64,000 nt of DNA from assembly GCF_009914755.1 (NCBI RefSeq), contig NC_060926.1. The stretch is one strand, 5' to 3'. Positions within the stretch are counted from its first letter, which is position 1, and every line of letters begins with the position of its first letter. Of this stretch, positions 1 to 14,553 are shown in pieces. Both the position numbers and the translations under genes were made by a program. Under the pieces are notes generated by a model that saw only the letters and a list, made by a program, of their open reading frames with translations, was not told the DNA's origin and ran no database searches. The DNA comes from the human T2T-CHM13v2.0 reference genome, Homo sapiens.

Positions 1-1038
1 TCTCCCTTGAATTTCCTGTTGCCAGGGGTTTGTCTCAATTGGGCTCTGTTAATTCAGGGGGCTAAGTAGGCAATGCTAGGTGTAGGCTTTCATTCCATAT
101 GTTCTAATAAAACCAGGTTTTCCCAAATCCAGTACTTCATTTACTCTGTTGTAATCAAGTAGCCAACTGCTCCTCTTTTACTGTTCATTCCTAGATACTA
201 GTATATATCACAATCAAAACCCCCTTCTCTTCAAGGGGAAAGTGTTACTGCAAGATTGTCCTGTCATTTTGTTACACACAGCCTCAGGGGCCATCAGCCA
301 GTAATTCTGCTTCCCATAATTAGTGTGTCATCACCTCTCATGTTTCTGCACAGTCTCCAGGCTGAAAGATGCAGCATGTAATAATTTTAAGAAATGTACA
401 TCCACATCTTGATGACCAGAAATGGGGATCCACAAGGAACATTTCAAAGTTCTTATCCAAACTAGTCTACCTCCCAGTTCCACATCTTAAAATCAACTTG
501 TATGCCCTTGTATAAATTACCCCAAATCAAGAAAACAAAGACCCAGAAAACTTTCTTTCCCTTCTAAGTTAGTGACCTCATTGATTTTGTTTCACAGCTT
601 ATGGAAGATGGTGGGGTGACACTTTTGGTAAACAGGATGTTGGCAACAAAGAGAAAATATCTCTCCTCAGACTCCACCAACTCTAACCTGCCAGCCTGTT
701 AGTACCTGTGTAGTAAGAAGAGTCTGGTACCTTGGAGGGCTCTGGCTTGTTACAGGGGAAAGCCTTACTGCCAGGACAAGCACTGGCCACAGGAAATAAT
801 AAGCTCTAAAACTCTCCTGTAATATCTCTGACTCGATTTAGCACCACTTTTTTCCATTTCATTTTTTAGGGACTGAAACATAAAATAACCAGTGTCCAGA
901 GGCAAGTGACATATGCCTTACGCTTGTGGCCATCCTTCATTTCTTCATTCGTAAACTTTGCTTAAAAGACTAAAATTCCCAATTCCTTATAAAAAATATA
1001 TTCTTGCCCTCAGCCCTGATGGCCACTGGCAAATACTT
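1..1038 (-). other. FAM136A: FAM136A 3' UTR (part; continues beyond window start)
   Basis: Repeat-free sequence directly downstream of the TAA stop at 1039-1041 on the minus strand; 3' end not located within the window. Confidence 0.8.
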
Positions 1039-1227
1039 TTATTTTCCAATTGATAAGAGAGCCTCCTTCATCTTCTTGGTCATAGTTGGGATGAGGTGCA
1101 TGTGGTCATCCACACACTTGGTCACACAACTGTCCAGCTGCTGCTTCACCTGAAGCTCCTTACTCCCAGCATCTATTGAATCTTTGGCTTTGTCGTTGCA
1201 ATGCATGGTGCACCGGGCCAGGCGGTC
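1039..1227 (-). CDS. FAM136A: FAM136A last coding exon (DRLARCTMHC...KEALLSIGK*)
   Basis: Acceptor TTCTTCCTTCTTGCCACAG|GAC at 1228/1227; 62 codons plus TAA; contains CTMHC and CVTKC motifs; matches the FAM136A C-terminus as recalled. Confidence 0.97.
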   Translation of the reverse strand, partial: DRLARCTMHCNDKAKDSIDAGSKELQVKQQLDSCVTKCVDDHMHLIPTMTKKMKEALLSIGK

Positions 1228-1371
1228 CTGTGGCAAGAAGGAAGAACGTAGAAAAAGCTGAGAGTAAGGCCTCCATTTACTGCGTGCTCATTATGTGTTA
1301 GGCCCTGTGCTACAGGTTTAATATGTATTATCTTGGTCAATTAAAGGGACATGGTAGTGTGATTGGCCAAG

Positions 1372-1690
1372 TTTTTTTTTTTTTTTTTTTTTTTGAGCAG
1401 AGTCTCACTCTGTTGCCCAGGCTGGAGCGCTGCGCTGCAGTGGCACAATTATGGCTTACTGCAGCCTCAACGTCCCAGGCTCACGCTATCTTTCCACCTC
1501 TGCTCTCAAGTAGCTAGGACCACAGGCACACGCCACCACTCTTGGCTAATACTTTCTTAAAAATTATTTTTGTAGAGATGGGATCTCCCTATGTTGCCCA
1601 GGCTGGTCTTGAACTCCTGGGCTCAAGTGATCCTCCCTCCTTGGCTTCCCAAAGTGTTGGGATTAGAGGTGTGAGCCACTGTGTTTGGCT
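1372..1690 (-). mobile_element. Alu (J-like)
   Basis: Poly-T then reverse-complement Alu body, diverged. Confidence 0.9.
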
Positions 1691-1846
1691 TTCCAAGACT
1701 GTCTTGACTCAAACAGAAGATGGCACCAGGAGGGCTCAAACTATTACTAGAAAGCAGGTGAATGACAGAATAAATTGGGCAGAACATTCTTCCAGGAAAT
1801 GAGAGGTCCCTAGAGGTTATTGTAAGATGTACAAACATCTTGATTC

Positions 1847-2135
<289 letters not shown>

Positions 2136-2167
2136 GATTCTTTAAAGTCTGTTCTTTCTACAGGAAA

Positions 2168-2830
2168 ACATTCAATTCAACAAATATTTATTGAGCATCT
2201 ACTATGTGCCAGGCACTCTTTTAATGTTAGGGAATATAGCAATGAGTAAAACAAAGTTCTTACCCTTACAGAACTTACATTCCAGTGAGAGGAAAGAGAC
2301 AAACAAAGTAAATGGAGATGTGGAGGAATTAGTTGGATATGTGAATGTGGAGTTTATCAGTGAGCTCTGGCCTACAGATATAAATGCAGGAGCTGTCAGC
2401 ATAGAGATTATATTTACAGCTATGAGGCTAGAGGAGACTAGAGAAGTAGGCAGAAAGGAGAAAAGAAACAAGGACAGCCCCAGGCACTCTGATGCTCAGA
2501 GGCTGGAGTGGGGAAGAGAGAGCAAAGGAGGCCAAGGAAGGAGGCAGAAAACCAGGAGAGTGAGATGTCCTGGTGACCAACTGAATAAAGTGCTTTAAGA
2601 AGGAGAGGGATCCACTGTGTCAATGATGCAGACAGAGTAAGATGAAGACTGAGAAATGACCCCCGGATTCGGCCCCATGGGGGTGAGTGGCAGGAGTGGT
2701 TCTGGCCCAGTGAAGAGTGAAAGTCCACTTGGAGAGGACTAAAAAGATAATGCAAGGGAAGTTATAGAGCAATCCAAGAATCACATTTTCAAAGACCCCA
2801 TCTATAAAATTAGCTGTCAAAAAGAACACA
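2168..2830 (-). mobile_element. L2 LINE 3' fragments
   Basis: cattcaattcaacaaatatttattgagcatctactatgtgccaggcact is the typical L2 3' end in reverse; purine-rich L2-like body follows. Confidence 0.75.
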
Positions 2831-3330
2831 AAGAAACCCTTTGGGGTTCCATGATCTTGAAGAAGTTATTCCTTCATAATGGCAGTAACTTTGAAGCGTT
2901 TTGAATGGAAGAATGTAAAGATGTGTCACATTATGTATAAGTTTCCATGTGGATGGAACCTCAGGCTATGAAAGGCTGGCTTGGAAGTAGGCTTGCTTCC
3001 CCCAGGTTCCAGAAAAATATACTTAGAAGATGGGAGTAAAATGAAGTTGTGGATACTCTTTGCTCCAGAGAGGGAAACAGGGAGCTCTTTTGGTAACCTC
3101 AGAGGGGCTTGTGAGCCAGGAATCAGTGAGTCAACAGTAATAATGATTCACATAAATGACTGCTCCTTAGTGACAGAGGGGCTGCCCTCTGGGTATAGCA
3201 ACTAGGGGCAGTCCTGGGTGGGTGTATAAGTCCACAAAATGGTGGAAGGGTGTTCCTCGAATCTGTACCTTTTCAAGGCTATCCTACCTTTCTAGAGATT
3301 CTGCTGTTTTAAAAATAATATATGTTTTAG

Positions 3331-3948
<618 letters not shown>

Positions 3949-4083
3949 AGGAAACTTTATACTACACAGTATACATTCTGTATTTGGTGGTTATGTCAAA
4001 AGGAACAAACAAACGCCTCCTCCCCAACAAACTGCATAAGGGCTCTTGGTCATGAACTCCCCTGGTAACTCCCCATTACATCA

Positions 4084-4375
4084 TTTCTTTTTTTTTGAGA
4101 CAGAGTCTCGCTCTGTTGCCAGGCTGAAGTGCAGTGGCGCGATCTTGGCTCACTGCAACTACACCTCCTGGGTTCAAGAGATTCCCCTGCCTCAGCCTCC
4201 CTAGTATCTGGGACTACAGGTGCGTGCCACCACGCCTGGCTAATTTTTTGTATTTTAGTAGAGACGGGGTTTCACCATGTTGGCCAGGATGGTCTTGATC
4301 TCCTGCTCTCATGATCCACCTGCCTCAGCCTCCTAAAGTGCTGGGATTACAGGCATGAGCCTCCGCGCTCGGCCT
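4084..4375 (-). mobile_element. Alu (Sc-like)
   Basis: Reverse Alu with TSD TACATCATTTCT. Confidence 0.9.
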
Positions 4376-4589
4376 ACATCATTTCTATAGGAAATGATGT
4401 TCAACTTAAGGCACTCGACCGCCAAGACTTTTTCCAAAATTTCAAACCCTGTGAAAACTGGTTGGCCATCAGTATCACAACTGTTAACAGAACCAAGACA
4501 CTAAAGCCAAGAGTTTTGAACAAATGCTTGTCATCTCCTGCAAAAGTCTGTATCAAGGACTACAGTGCTCTGTCTAGGATATTTCTCAC

Positions 4590-4730
4590 CTGGAACTTCT
4601 CCAGCTCACTGGTGACCAAAGCCTGGGCTTGAGCCAGAGGCACATGGCAGCGCTCGATGCACTGGTGCACCTGCTTCATGGAGGCCTGGCTGTCCTCACA
4701 ACAGCTGGCGCTGCACCGGAACATGAGACC
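4590..4730 (-). CDS. FAM136A: FAM136A coding exon 2 ([15 protein letters not shown]...ELEKFQ)
   Basis: Acceptor TTCTCCCCAG|GGT at 4731/4730 and donor CAG|GTGAGA at 4590/4589; 141 nt, phase 0 at both ends; CSASC and CIERC motifs. Exons sum to 29+47+62=138 aa. Confidence 0.97.
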
Positions 4731-5094
4731 CTGGGGAGAAAGGGCAGAGAGGTTAGGTAGGAAAGTCTCTGGGGACAGAGATGACTATGGAGCACTACAG
4801 GAGTTAGAAGGCCACGTGGATATTTGCACCTCTCTCTCCACCTTCTGCTTTCACCTTCCCTGAGAATAGACACCAGGACCTTAAAACCACCACTGGGGAA
4901 AATTATCCTCAATGTCTAGTGTAGTGTTTCATGGTGTCCTTGCTGCTAGCTCATCGGCACCTGTTGCACCGATGGTTGGGTGAACAGAGGTTCGCCCGAG
5001 TGGGTGAGGGTAGGGTGGTCTGACGAAGCCAAATTCTGAAAACCAGGAGCCTCTTCCATGGGGTTCAGAGGTCAGCAACCTAGCAATACAAATT

Positions 5095-5109
5095 CCACCA
5101 GAGGGCAGC
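5095..5109 (+). promoter_or_regulatory. CTCF consensus motif in FAM136A intron 1
   Basis: CCACCAGAGGGCAGC fits the CTCF core CCASYAGRKGGCRS; binding not demonstrated. Confidence 0.6.
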
Positions 5110-5353
5110 CGACCCACTAATCAATGACTCAAGGGGCACTATCTGGGAAACGCATACTCCGTGAGAGAAGCAGGACCGAAACACACAGAGGCATTGCGGG
5201 GCTCAGAGAAGAACAGTGTAGAAACCCGCGCTGTGTGAAGCGAGGTTGGGCGCAAGAGAAGCAGGCATGACCTGGCCAACGGGGAGGCCGGAAGTCCTCG
5301 CCTTTCTGGTCTTTCACGTTGGCAGCGCCTCTGCTGGGCCTCGGGCCGCTCAC

Positions 5354-5674
5354 CTGCGGAAGGGGCCGCGTAAGAGGGGAAGGTGGTGGGGCGAGCGCCT
5401 GCCACCAGGGGCTTCCCACCTGCCGCCGAGGACGCTCCTGCCCCGGGCTGGAAGGGGCGGAAAACAGCCTCGCGCACGGCAAGGGCACACGGATTTCATC
5501 CGATCCGCCAAAGCTTCCGAAGTCCTGTCCGAGGCCGCCCCGGCGACCCCAGGGCCGCCCACACCCGGTCTGCGGGGACGCGGCTGCAGTGCAAGGCGTC
5601 GCGTGGTGGCTGAGGGAAGGGCCCGGAACCCACCCGCTGAGAAGGGGGTCCTGGTTCGGCCCCAGCCCCGCTAC
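5354..5674 (-). CDS. FAM136A: In-frame extension of FAM136A exon 1 via a downstream alternative 5' splice site (245-aa isoform)
   Basis: Frame stays open for 107 more codons to a consensus donor CAG|GTGAGC at 5354/5353 (phase 0); 136+109=245 aa. Confidence 0.7.
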
Positions 5675-5761
5675 CTGCATCTTCCGGATGTTCTCTCTTT
5701 CCAGACTCTTCACCATGGACTCCACCGCCTCCTGCACCCGGAGCTGCTGCAGCTCAGCCAT
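5675..5761 (-). CDS. FAM136A: FAM136A coding exon 1 (MAELQQLRVQ...IRKMQ); mitochondrial intermembrane-space CX3C protein
   Basis: ATG at 5761-5759 in strong Kozak context GTCGCCATGG; donor CAG|GTAGCG at 5675/5674; 29 codons. Confidence 0.97.
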
Positions 5762-6099
5762 GGCGACCCCGCGCTGCCCCGCGGCGCTCCGCGCCGGCGC
5801 CCATATGGAATCGGCGTACGGGCCCGCCCCCTCACCGCCCTTCGCCGCCCTTCGCCGCCTGCCCTTCCAGGGCCCACGCCCCCCCCTGGCGGCCGAACGG
5901 AGCCACTGCATGCTGGTGTCCGCGAGCCCACCGCCCTCCTCCCGCTTGGGAACCGGTCACTGGGACACCTGCCCTGCGGCTGCTGCCTGCCTTTCCTCCT
6001 CCCTCCCATGTCCCTCCCTTTACATTCTTTAAAATTATTTAATGTAATTTACATACAGATAAATGCCCAGATCTTAGGCGTGCTGCTTGATGAGTTTTA

Positions 6100-6410
<311 letters not shown>

Positions 6411-6679
6411 CCCAAACTCTGTCTTGTCCCAATCTCCGTCCTTTCTACCCCATCTCCCCACCCCTGCCCTAACTGGTCTGCTTCTGTCACTGTAGATTAC
6501 ATTTTCTCTTTCTAGAATGTCATATGTATGTTATTATCCAATAAGTACTCCTTTTCTGTCTGGCTTTTTTAGCATATTGCTGAAAAATACTTAGCCTAAT
6601 GCTTTCGAGATTGAGCTGTGTTGTTGGTTCTTTTTTGCTGCTGAGTAGTATTCTATTGAATGGACATACCACATTTGTC

Positions 6680-6975
6680 GTTGTTGTTTTTTGAGACAGG
6701 GTCTTACTCTGTCACCCAGGCTGGAGTGCAGTGATGTGGTCTCGGCTCATGCAGCCTCCACCTCCCTGGTTCAAGTGATTCTCATGCCTCAGCCTCCCGA
6801 GTAGCTGGGATTACAGGCATGTGCCACCACGTCTGGCTAATTTTTTTTTTTTTTTTGTAGACACGGGGTTTCACCATGTTAGCCAAGCTGGTCTCCAACT
6901 CCTGAGCTCAAGGGATCCACACACCTCGGCCTCCCAAAGTGCTGAGATTGCAGGCATGAGGCATCGGTCCCGGCC
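6680..6975 (-). mobile_element. Alu
   Basis: Reverse Alu with TSD CACATTTGT. Confidence 0.9.
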
Positions 6976-7072
6976 CACATTTGTTGATCCATTCCCCTGC
7001 TGATGGGTGTTTGGGTCTTTTCCACTTAGTAGCTATTATGAATAAAGTGGTGACTATGAACATCCTTGACCA

Positions 7073-7203
7073 TTTTTTTTTTCTTTTGGAGATGGGATCT
7101 TGCTATGTTGTCCAGGCTGGTCTCAAACTCCAGGCCTCAAGCTATCCTCCTGCCTCTGCCTATCAAAGGGATTACGGGTATGCACCACCACCCAGTCCTG
7201 GAC
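7073..7203 (-). mobile_element. Alu monomer (FLAM-like)
   Basis: Single left-arm-like monomer after a poly-T. Confidence 0.75.
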
Positions 7204-7903
7204 CAAGTCTTTTGTAGACACAGATTTTCTTTTCTTTTGGGTAAATATCTAGAAATGGGATTGTTGGATCACAGGGTAGATGTATGTTTATGCATTTATT
7301 TCTCATAAAAAATGAACTTCAGAGACAAAGCAGGGGCTACAGATCATCAATGAAGCAGTCATCAATGAAGCACTTACATGCCAGCAACATGAAACTGTTT
7401 CTGAATTCCTGGAGCAGTTTTTTTTTTGGAATGCCTCACTGTCCCACCCATAACAGTACTGTCGTGTGCATTCATTTATCGAATACATTAGCTAGGGGTG
7501 CGGGTCCAGAGGGGAGTGTCAGTGGAGAAGGGAAACACACTCCGTGGAGAAGGGGAAGGGGCAGTGTTGGAAGAGGTGTGCTGGAGGAGGTGGTCCAGGC
7601 TGGCAAGGAGGGAGTGAGCCATCCGGGTTCCTCAGGAAAGTTTTCTTAGAGGAGATAAGGCTTGAATTGAGGCTTTGAATTGAATTGAAATGAGTGGGTG
7701 TTTGCTTGGCATATGGGGCTGAAGAGAAAGCCATGTCAGGCATGGGGGTGCAAGGTGGGGGTGGGGGAGGAACAAAGGAATGGGGCCGTCATTAGAATTT
7801 AACGATTTTCTGCCATTGGGCGCTAGATGGCAGGAGAACTCTAGTTTAGGGCAGTGGGGAGTTTGACTCAACCCAAGCTTCTTTGAAGAAAGCTATGTTT
7901 TGA

Positions 7904-8215
7904 TTGGGCACGGTGGCTCACGCCTGTAATCCCAGCACTTTGGGGAGCTGAGGCAGGTGGATCACCTGAGGTCAGGAGTTCAGGAGTTTGAGACCAGCCT
8001 GGCCAACATGGTGAAACCCCATCTCTACTAAAAGCACAAAAATTAGCCGGGCGTGGTGGCAGGCACTTGTAGTCTTGGCTACTTTGGGAGGCTGAGACAG
8101 GAGAATCGCTTGAATCCGGGAGGTAGAGGTTGCAGCGAGCTGAGATCACGTCACTGCACTCCAGCTTGGGCAACAAAGTGAGACTCTGTCTCAAAAAAAA
8201 TAAAATAAAAAATAA

Positions 8216-8252
<37 letters not shown>
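7904..8252 (+). mobile_element. Alu with (AAGC)n microsatellite tail
   Basis: Full Alu; (AAGC)n at ~8216-8252; TSD-like AAGCTATGTT/AAGCTGTGTT. Confidence 0.9.
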
Positions 8253-8253
<1 letters not shown>

Positions 8254-8419
8254 CCAAACAAGCTGTGTTCTTCCAGCGCCAGGCCCTCTCTAGTGAGTAC
8301 AAGTGTGAGTATCTCCCCATAAATCACAGTTCAGGGTCTTGAGACAGCCTGTTCACTTCAAGCTCGACTACAAGTGGCTCCCAGCAGCAGCTGGAATCAG
8401 GGCGACACCAACTATTAAA

Positions 8420-8630
8420 TAATGTGCCAGACAGTGTTTTAAGTGCCTTCCACGGGATGATCTCATTTAATTTCCATGACAAAGCACCCTATGAGGTGGG
8501 TACTTTACTCTCCTCTCTTCTCTCACTCAGGGCAGAAAACTGAGGCCTAGGGAGATGAAACCACTTGCCAGAGATTGCACATTTATAAACTGGTGGAGCT
8601 GGAATTCCAATCCTGATGGGCTAACTCCAG
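8420..8630. mobile_element. MIR
   Basis: gaaaactgaggcctagggagatgaaaccacttgcc MIR core-like sequence. Confidence 0.65.
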
Positions 8631-8913
8631 ACTAGAAAAAGTAGGAAATCTCTATTGTGACTGACTTAATGTTTATACTTATGTCCCATATTCCACAGAA
8701 AGTTCTTTCTTTCTTCTTTATAGCACAATCTGAAACTACTCACTTCTCCCTCTTATTCCTAAAATGCCAGACAGAACCTCTCCAACAGCTCCTACTTGTA
8801 GGAGCCAAGTTAATCATGCTAAAATGAGTTTAAAAGTCCTTGAGTAATGCAGCCTTGTTAGTTTCTATACACAAATTGAATGGTACTTTTAGTATTTACG
8901 AAAAATGATTCTT

Positions 8914-9260
8914 GGCTGGGGCGGTGGCTCACATCTGTAATTCCAGCACATTGGGAGGCCGAGGCGGGCAGATCACTTGGGGCTGGGAGCTTGAGACCAG
9001 CCTGGCCAACGTGGTGAAACCCCCATCTCTACTAAAAATATAAAAACATTAGCTGGGCATAGCGGCACACACCTGCAATCACAGCTACTCAGAGGCTGAG
9101 GTGGGAGAATCACTTGCACTCAGGAGGTGGAGGTTGCAGTGAGCTGAGATGGTGCCACTGCACTCCAGCATGGGTGACAGAGCGAGACTCTCCCTCAAAA
9201 AAAAAAAACAAAAAAACAAAAAAACAGAAAAAAAAAAACCCAGAAAAAAAAAAAAGAAAA
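8914..9260 (+). mobile_element. Alu with long A-rich tail
   Basis: Full Alu, TSD GAAAAATGATTC. Confidence 0.9.
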
Positions 9261-9998
9261 ATGATTCCTGACTTCCAGTTAGTTGGCTGTGGAAATCCCA
9301 TGGGAGTCATGGTGGAAGCAGAGTTTAATCTCATGTTAGGAAGCTCAGATACCTGTCTGTGCTATTACCCTGGTGCTTTGAGGGTGGGAAATGAGGTTTC
9401 AGGATTATCTGGCTCAAGCCTGGGCTGACTCACTGGAAACAAGTCACAGCTCTTTCAGGATCCTGGGTAGTCAGTTCTGTCATCTTGATTCCTTTCCCAC
9501 CTCTCCTGCATGCCATCCTGTGAACGCAGGCCCCGCAGTGCCAGAGACAAATGGTGGCACAAGAGGGACTAGGGCTCTTTCCTATTTTCTCATGTTCAGG
9601 ATGTGGGTGAGATAAATGGGGGCCAGGAGGCCCGGGATGAGGGGAGGAAGTGAATTTTGCTAGATGCTGCTACCTTTTCTAACCCTCAGGTTAGCAATGG
9701 GTGGTAGCCAGAAACCCAGCTATGGCCAACCTTGGTTAAAGACTTCCAGATGAAACTTTATCAATCAAACTGATAATTTAGAAAGCAATTCTCATGTTAT
9801 CACTTGTTTTTAAATTAATGCCAACAAGAATGAGATTGAAGTGTTATCACTCTCTAGTCATGACACTCCTTGGTCGATTATGATGCCTTGCTGGGGAAAA
9901 GAAAACTCACAAGCAAAGAACACTGTCTTCTGCAGAATGAAGAATTCAGTCAACTTTTTGGAAGTCACAAGTACTTTTTAAAAATATATTCAATTGCT

Positions 9999-10295
9999 GG
10001 CCGGGCATGATGACTCACGCCTGTATTCCCAGCACTTTGGGAGGCCAAGGCGGGTGGATCACTTGAGGCCAGGAGTTCGAGACCAGCCTGGCCAACATGG
10101 CGAAACCCCGCCTCTACTAAGAATACAAAAATTAGCTGGGCGTGGTGGCGAATGCCTGTAATACCAGGTACTCAGGAGGCTGAGACATGAGAATCACTTG
10201 AACCCGAGAGGCAGAGATTGCAGTGAACCGAGATCACGCCACTGCACTCCAGCCTGTGCGATAGAGACCTTGTCTCAGGTTAAAAAAAAAAAAAA
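9999..10295 (+). mobile_element. Alu (S-like)
   Basis: Full Alu body and A tail. Confidence 0.9.
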
Positions 10296-10553
10296 TATAT
10301 ATATATATGTACACACACACACACCCCCCCACACAATTGCTTCAGAGCTCTCTGCCAAAAAAATACATATATATTCAAAACTTTGGTTGAATAATTATTT
10401 TATATATGTATATTATTAAATATAAAATAAAGCAAATGTTTTATGATTATAAATATCCAATTATGTAAATATCTCTTGAATCTATTCACATCTCTCTAGC
10501 TTACTGTTATCACCCTAAAGCCACTATTATTATTATTATTGCCTGGCCTACTA

Positions 10554-10983
<430 letters not shown>

Positions 10984-11269
10984 TTTTTTTGAGATAGAGT
11001 CTCGCTCTGTTGCCCAGTCTGGAGTGCAGTGGCGAGATCTTGGCTCACTGCAACCTCCACCTCCCGGGTTCAAGCAACTCTCTGCCCCAGCCTCCCGAGT
11101 AGCTGGGATCACAGGCACGCACCACCTGCCTGGCTAATTTTTTGTATTTTTAGTAGAGACTGGGTTTCACCATGTTGGCCAGGCTGGTCTTGAACTCCTG
11201 ACCTTGTGATCCACCCGCCTCGGCCTCCCAAAGTGCTGGGATTACAGGCTTGCACCACTGAGCCCGGCC
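10984..11269 (-). mobile_element. Alu (S-like)
   Basis: Reverse Alu body. Confidence 0.9.
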
Positions 11270-11463
11270 TGTCGAATATATTTATATAGTCTTGTAATGG
11301 CTCTTTGTCAGTTATATGTGTTACAATATTTTCTCCTACTTTGTGGACGTTTCAGTTTTTAAACAGTATTAATGAAAGAAGTCCTTAATTTAAATGTAAT
11401 CCTATTTATATTTTTTCCCTTTATGGTTAATTCTTTTTGTGTTTTTTTAAAAAAAATCATTCT

Positions 11464-12458
<995 letters not shown>

Positions 12459-12622
12459 TTATTTTTATTCAGCCTTTCTTCTAGTTATTTGCATTTTATG
12501 GTTATAAGTGTTCCTTTTAGTACTGCTTTAGCTTTACACTGCCACAAGTTTTGACATGTAGTTTTTTAGTTCAAATGTTTTCTAATTTCCATATGAATTA
12601 TTTGACCCATGGGATTTTTTGA

Positions 12623-12982
<360 letters not shown>

Positions 12983-13132
12983 TAATTTCTAAACATATGG
13001 GTATTTTTAGGTAACTTTTTATCAATTGCAGGCGTGATTGCATTATGGTCAGTAAACGCACTCTATAATTTCAATCTTTTGATTAGTGGGAACTTGCTAT
13101 ATGGAATCAAAAAGACTTTTCTTATGGCATAA

Positions 13133-13424
13133 TTTTTTTTTTTTTTGAGACGGAGTCTCACTCTGTTGCCCAGGCTGGAGTGCAGTGGGTGATCTCATCT
13201 CACCGCAACCTCTGCCTCCCTGGTTTAAGCACTTCTCCTGCCTCAGCCTCCTGAGTAGCTGGGACTACAGGTGTGCACCACCATGCTCAGCTAATTTTTG
13301 TATTTTTAGTAGAGATGGGGTTTCACTATGTTGGTCAGGTTGGTCTCTAACTCCTAACCTTGTGATCTGTCCGCCTCTGCCTCCCAAAGTGCTGGGATTA
13401 TAGGTGTGAGCCACCATGCCTGGC
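13133..13424 (-). mobile_element. Alu (S-like)
   Basis: Reverse Alu, TSD GGCATAAT. Confidence 0.9.
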
Positions 13425-13489
13425 CGGCATAATGTTTTTTTTTAAAAAGACTTCTCTGATTGCCTCCTTCCCACTCTGTATGCTCCTCT

Positions 13490-13670
13490 GTCATTTTCTT
13501 GGCCCTCTGTACTTGTCTGTGATGATGCCCATCACTATTGTTCATTACTTGTCCCATGTTTATTTTCTTTGCTAGATTAAAAACTCTATGAGGAGAGGGA
13601 CCACGTCTGTTTTGGTCATTGCTTTTCACCAATTCTTTGCCTAGTGTCTGGCACATACTAACCCCTCATT
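13490..13670 (+). mobile_element. L2 3' end
   Basis: ctagattaaaaactctatgagg...gcctagtgtctggcacatact is L2-like. Confidence 0.6.
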
Positions 13671-13774
13671 AATTTCATTATACAGGTAATCAGATTACTA
13701 GAAATATTTGGAAACCAGAGAAAAGCAACAATGAATAGATAAAAATGTAAAAATCCATAATACTACCCTACAAC

Positions 13775-13998
<224 letters not shown>

Positions 13999-14206
13999 TG
14001 ATTTCTTTCTTTTGTTGAAACATGACAAATGTTTGTTTCTCAGATATCATCTGAAGGTAAGCATTCTAGAGCTCATATGGCAGCTCCATGTCTCTTTTTT
14101 CTAGGTGTTCTGTCATCTCCAGGGTCACACTTTCATCTATATGGTCTTGATTTATTTCTTTCCAGTCTTTTTTTTTCTATATGGGTTTTTAAAAACATTG
14201 TTGTAG

Positions 14207-14553
<347 letters not shown>

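Larger units (their letters stand above)
5230..5980. promoter_or_regulatory. FAM136A: CpG island / FAM136A promoter and first exon
   Basis: Very high GC and CpG density; GC boxes (ccgcccc ~5824, ggggcgg ~5454); ETS/GABP-type CCGGAAGT at 5288-5295; no obvious TATA. Confidence 0.9.

Noticed and set aside
1038-1043. AATAAA (minus strand) overlapping the FAM136A stop codon
   Set aside because: Produced by the Lys-stop codons AAA TAA A; a long unique 3' UTR-like region follows and I cannot show the site is used.
7344-7372. Tandem duplication of TCATCAATGAAGCA
   Set aside because: A single small slippage duplication with no further structure.
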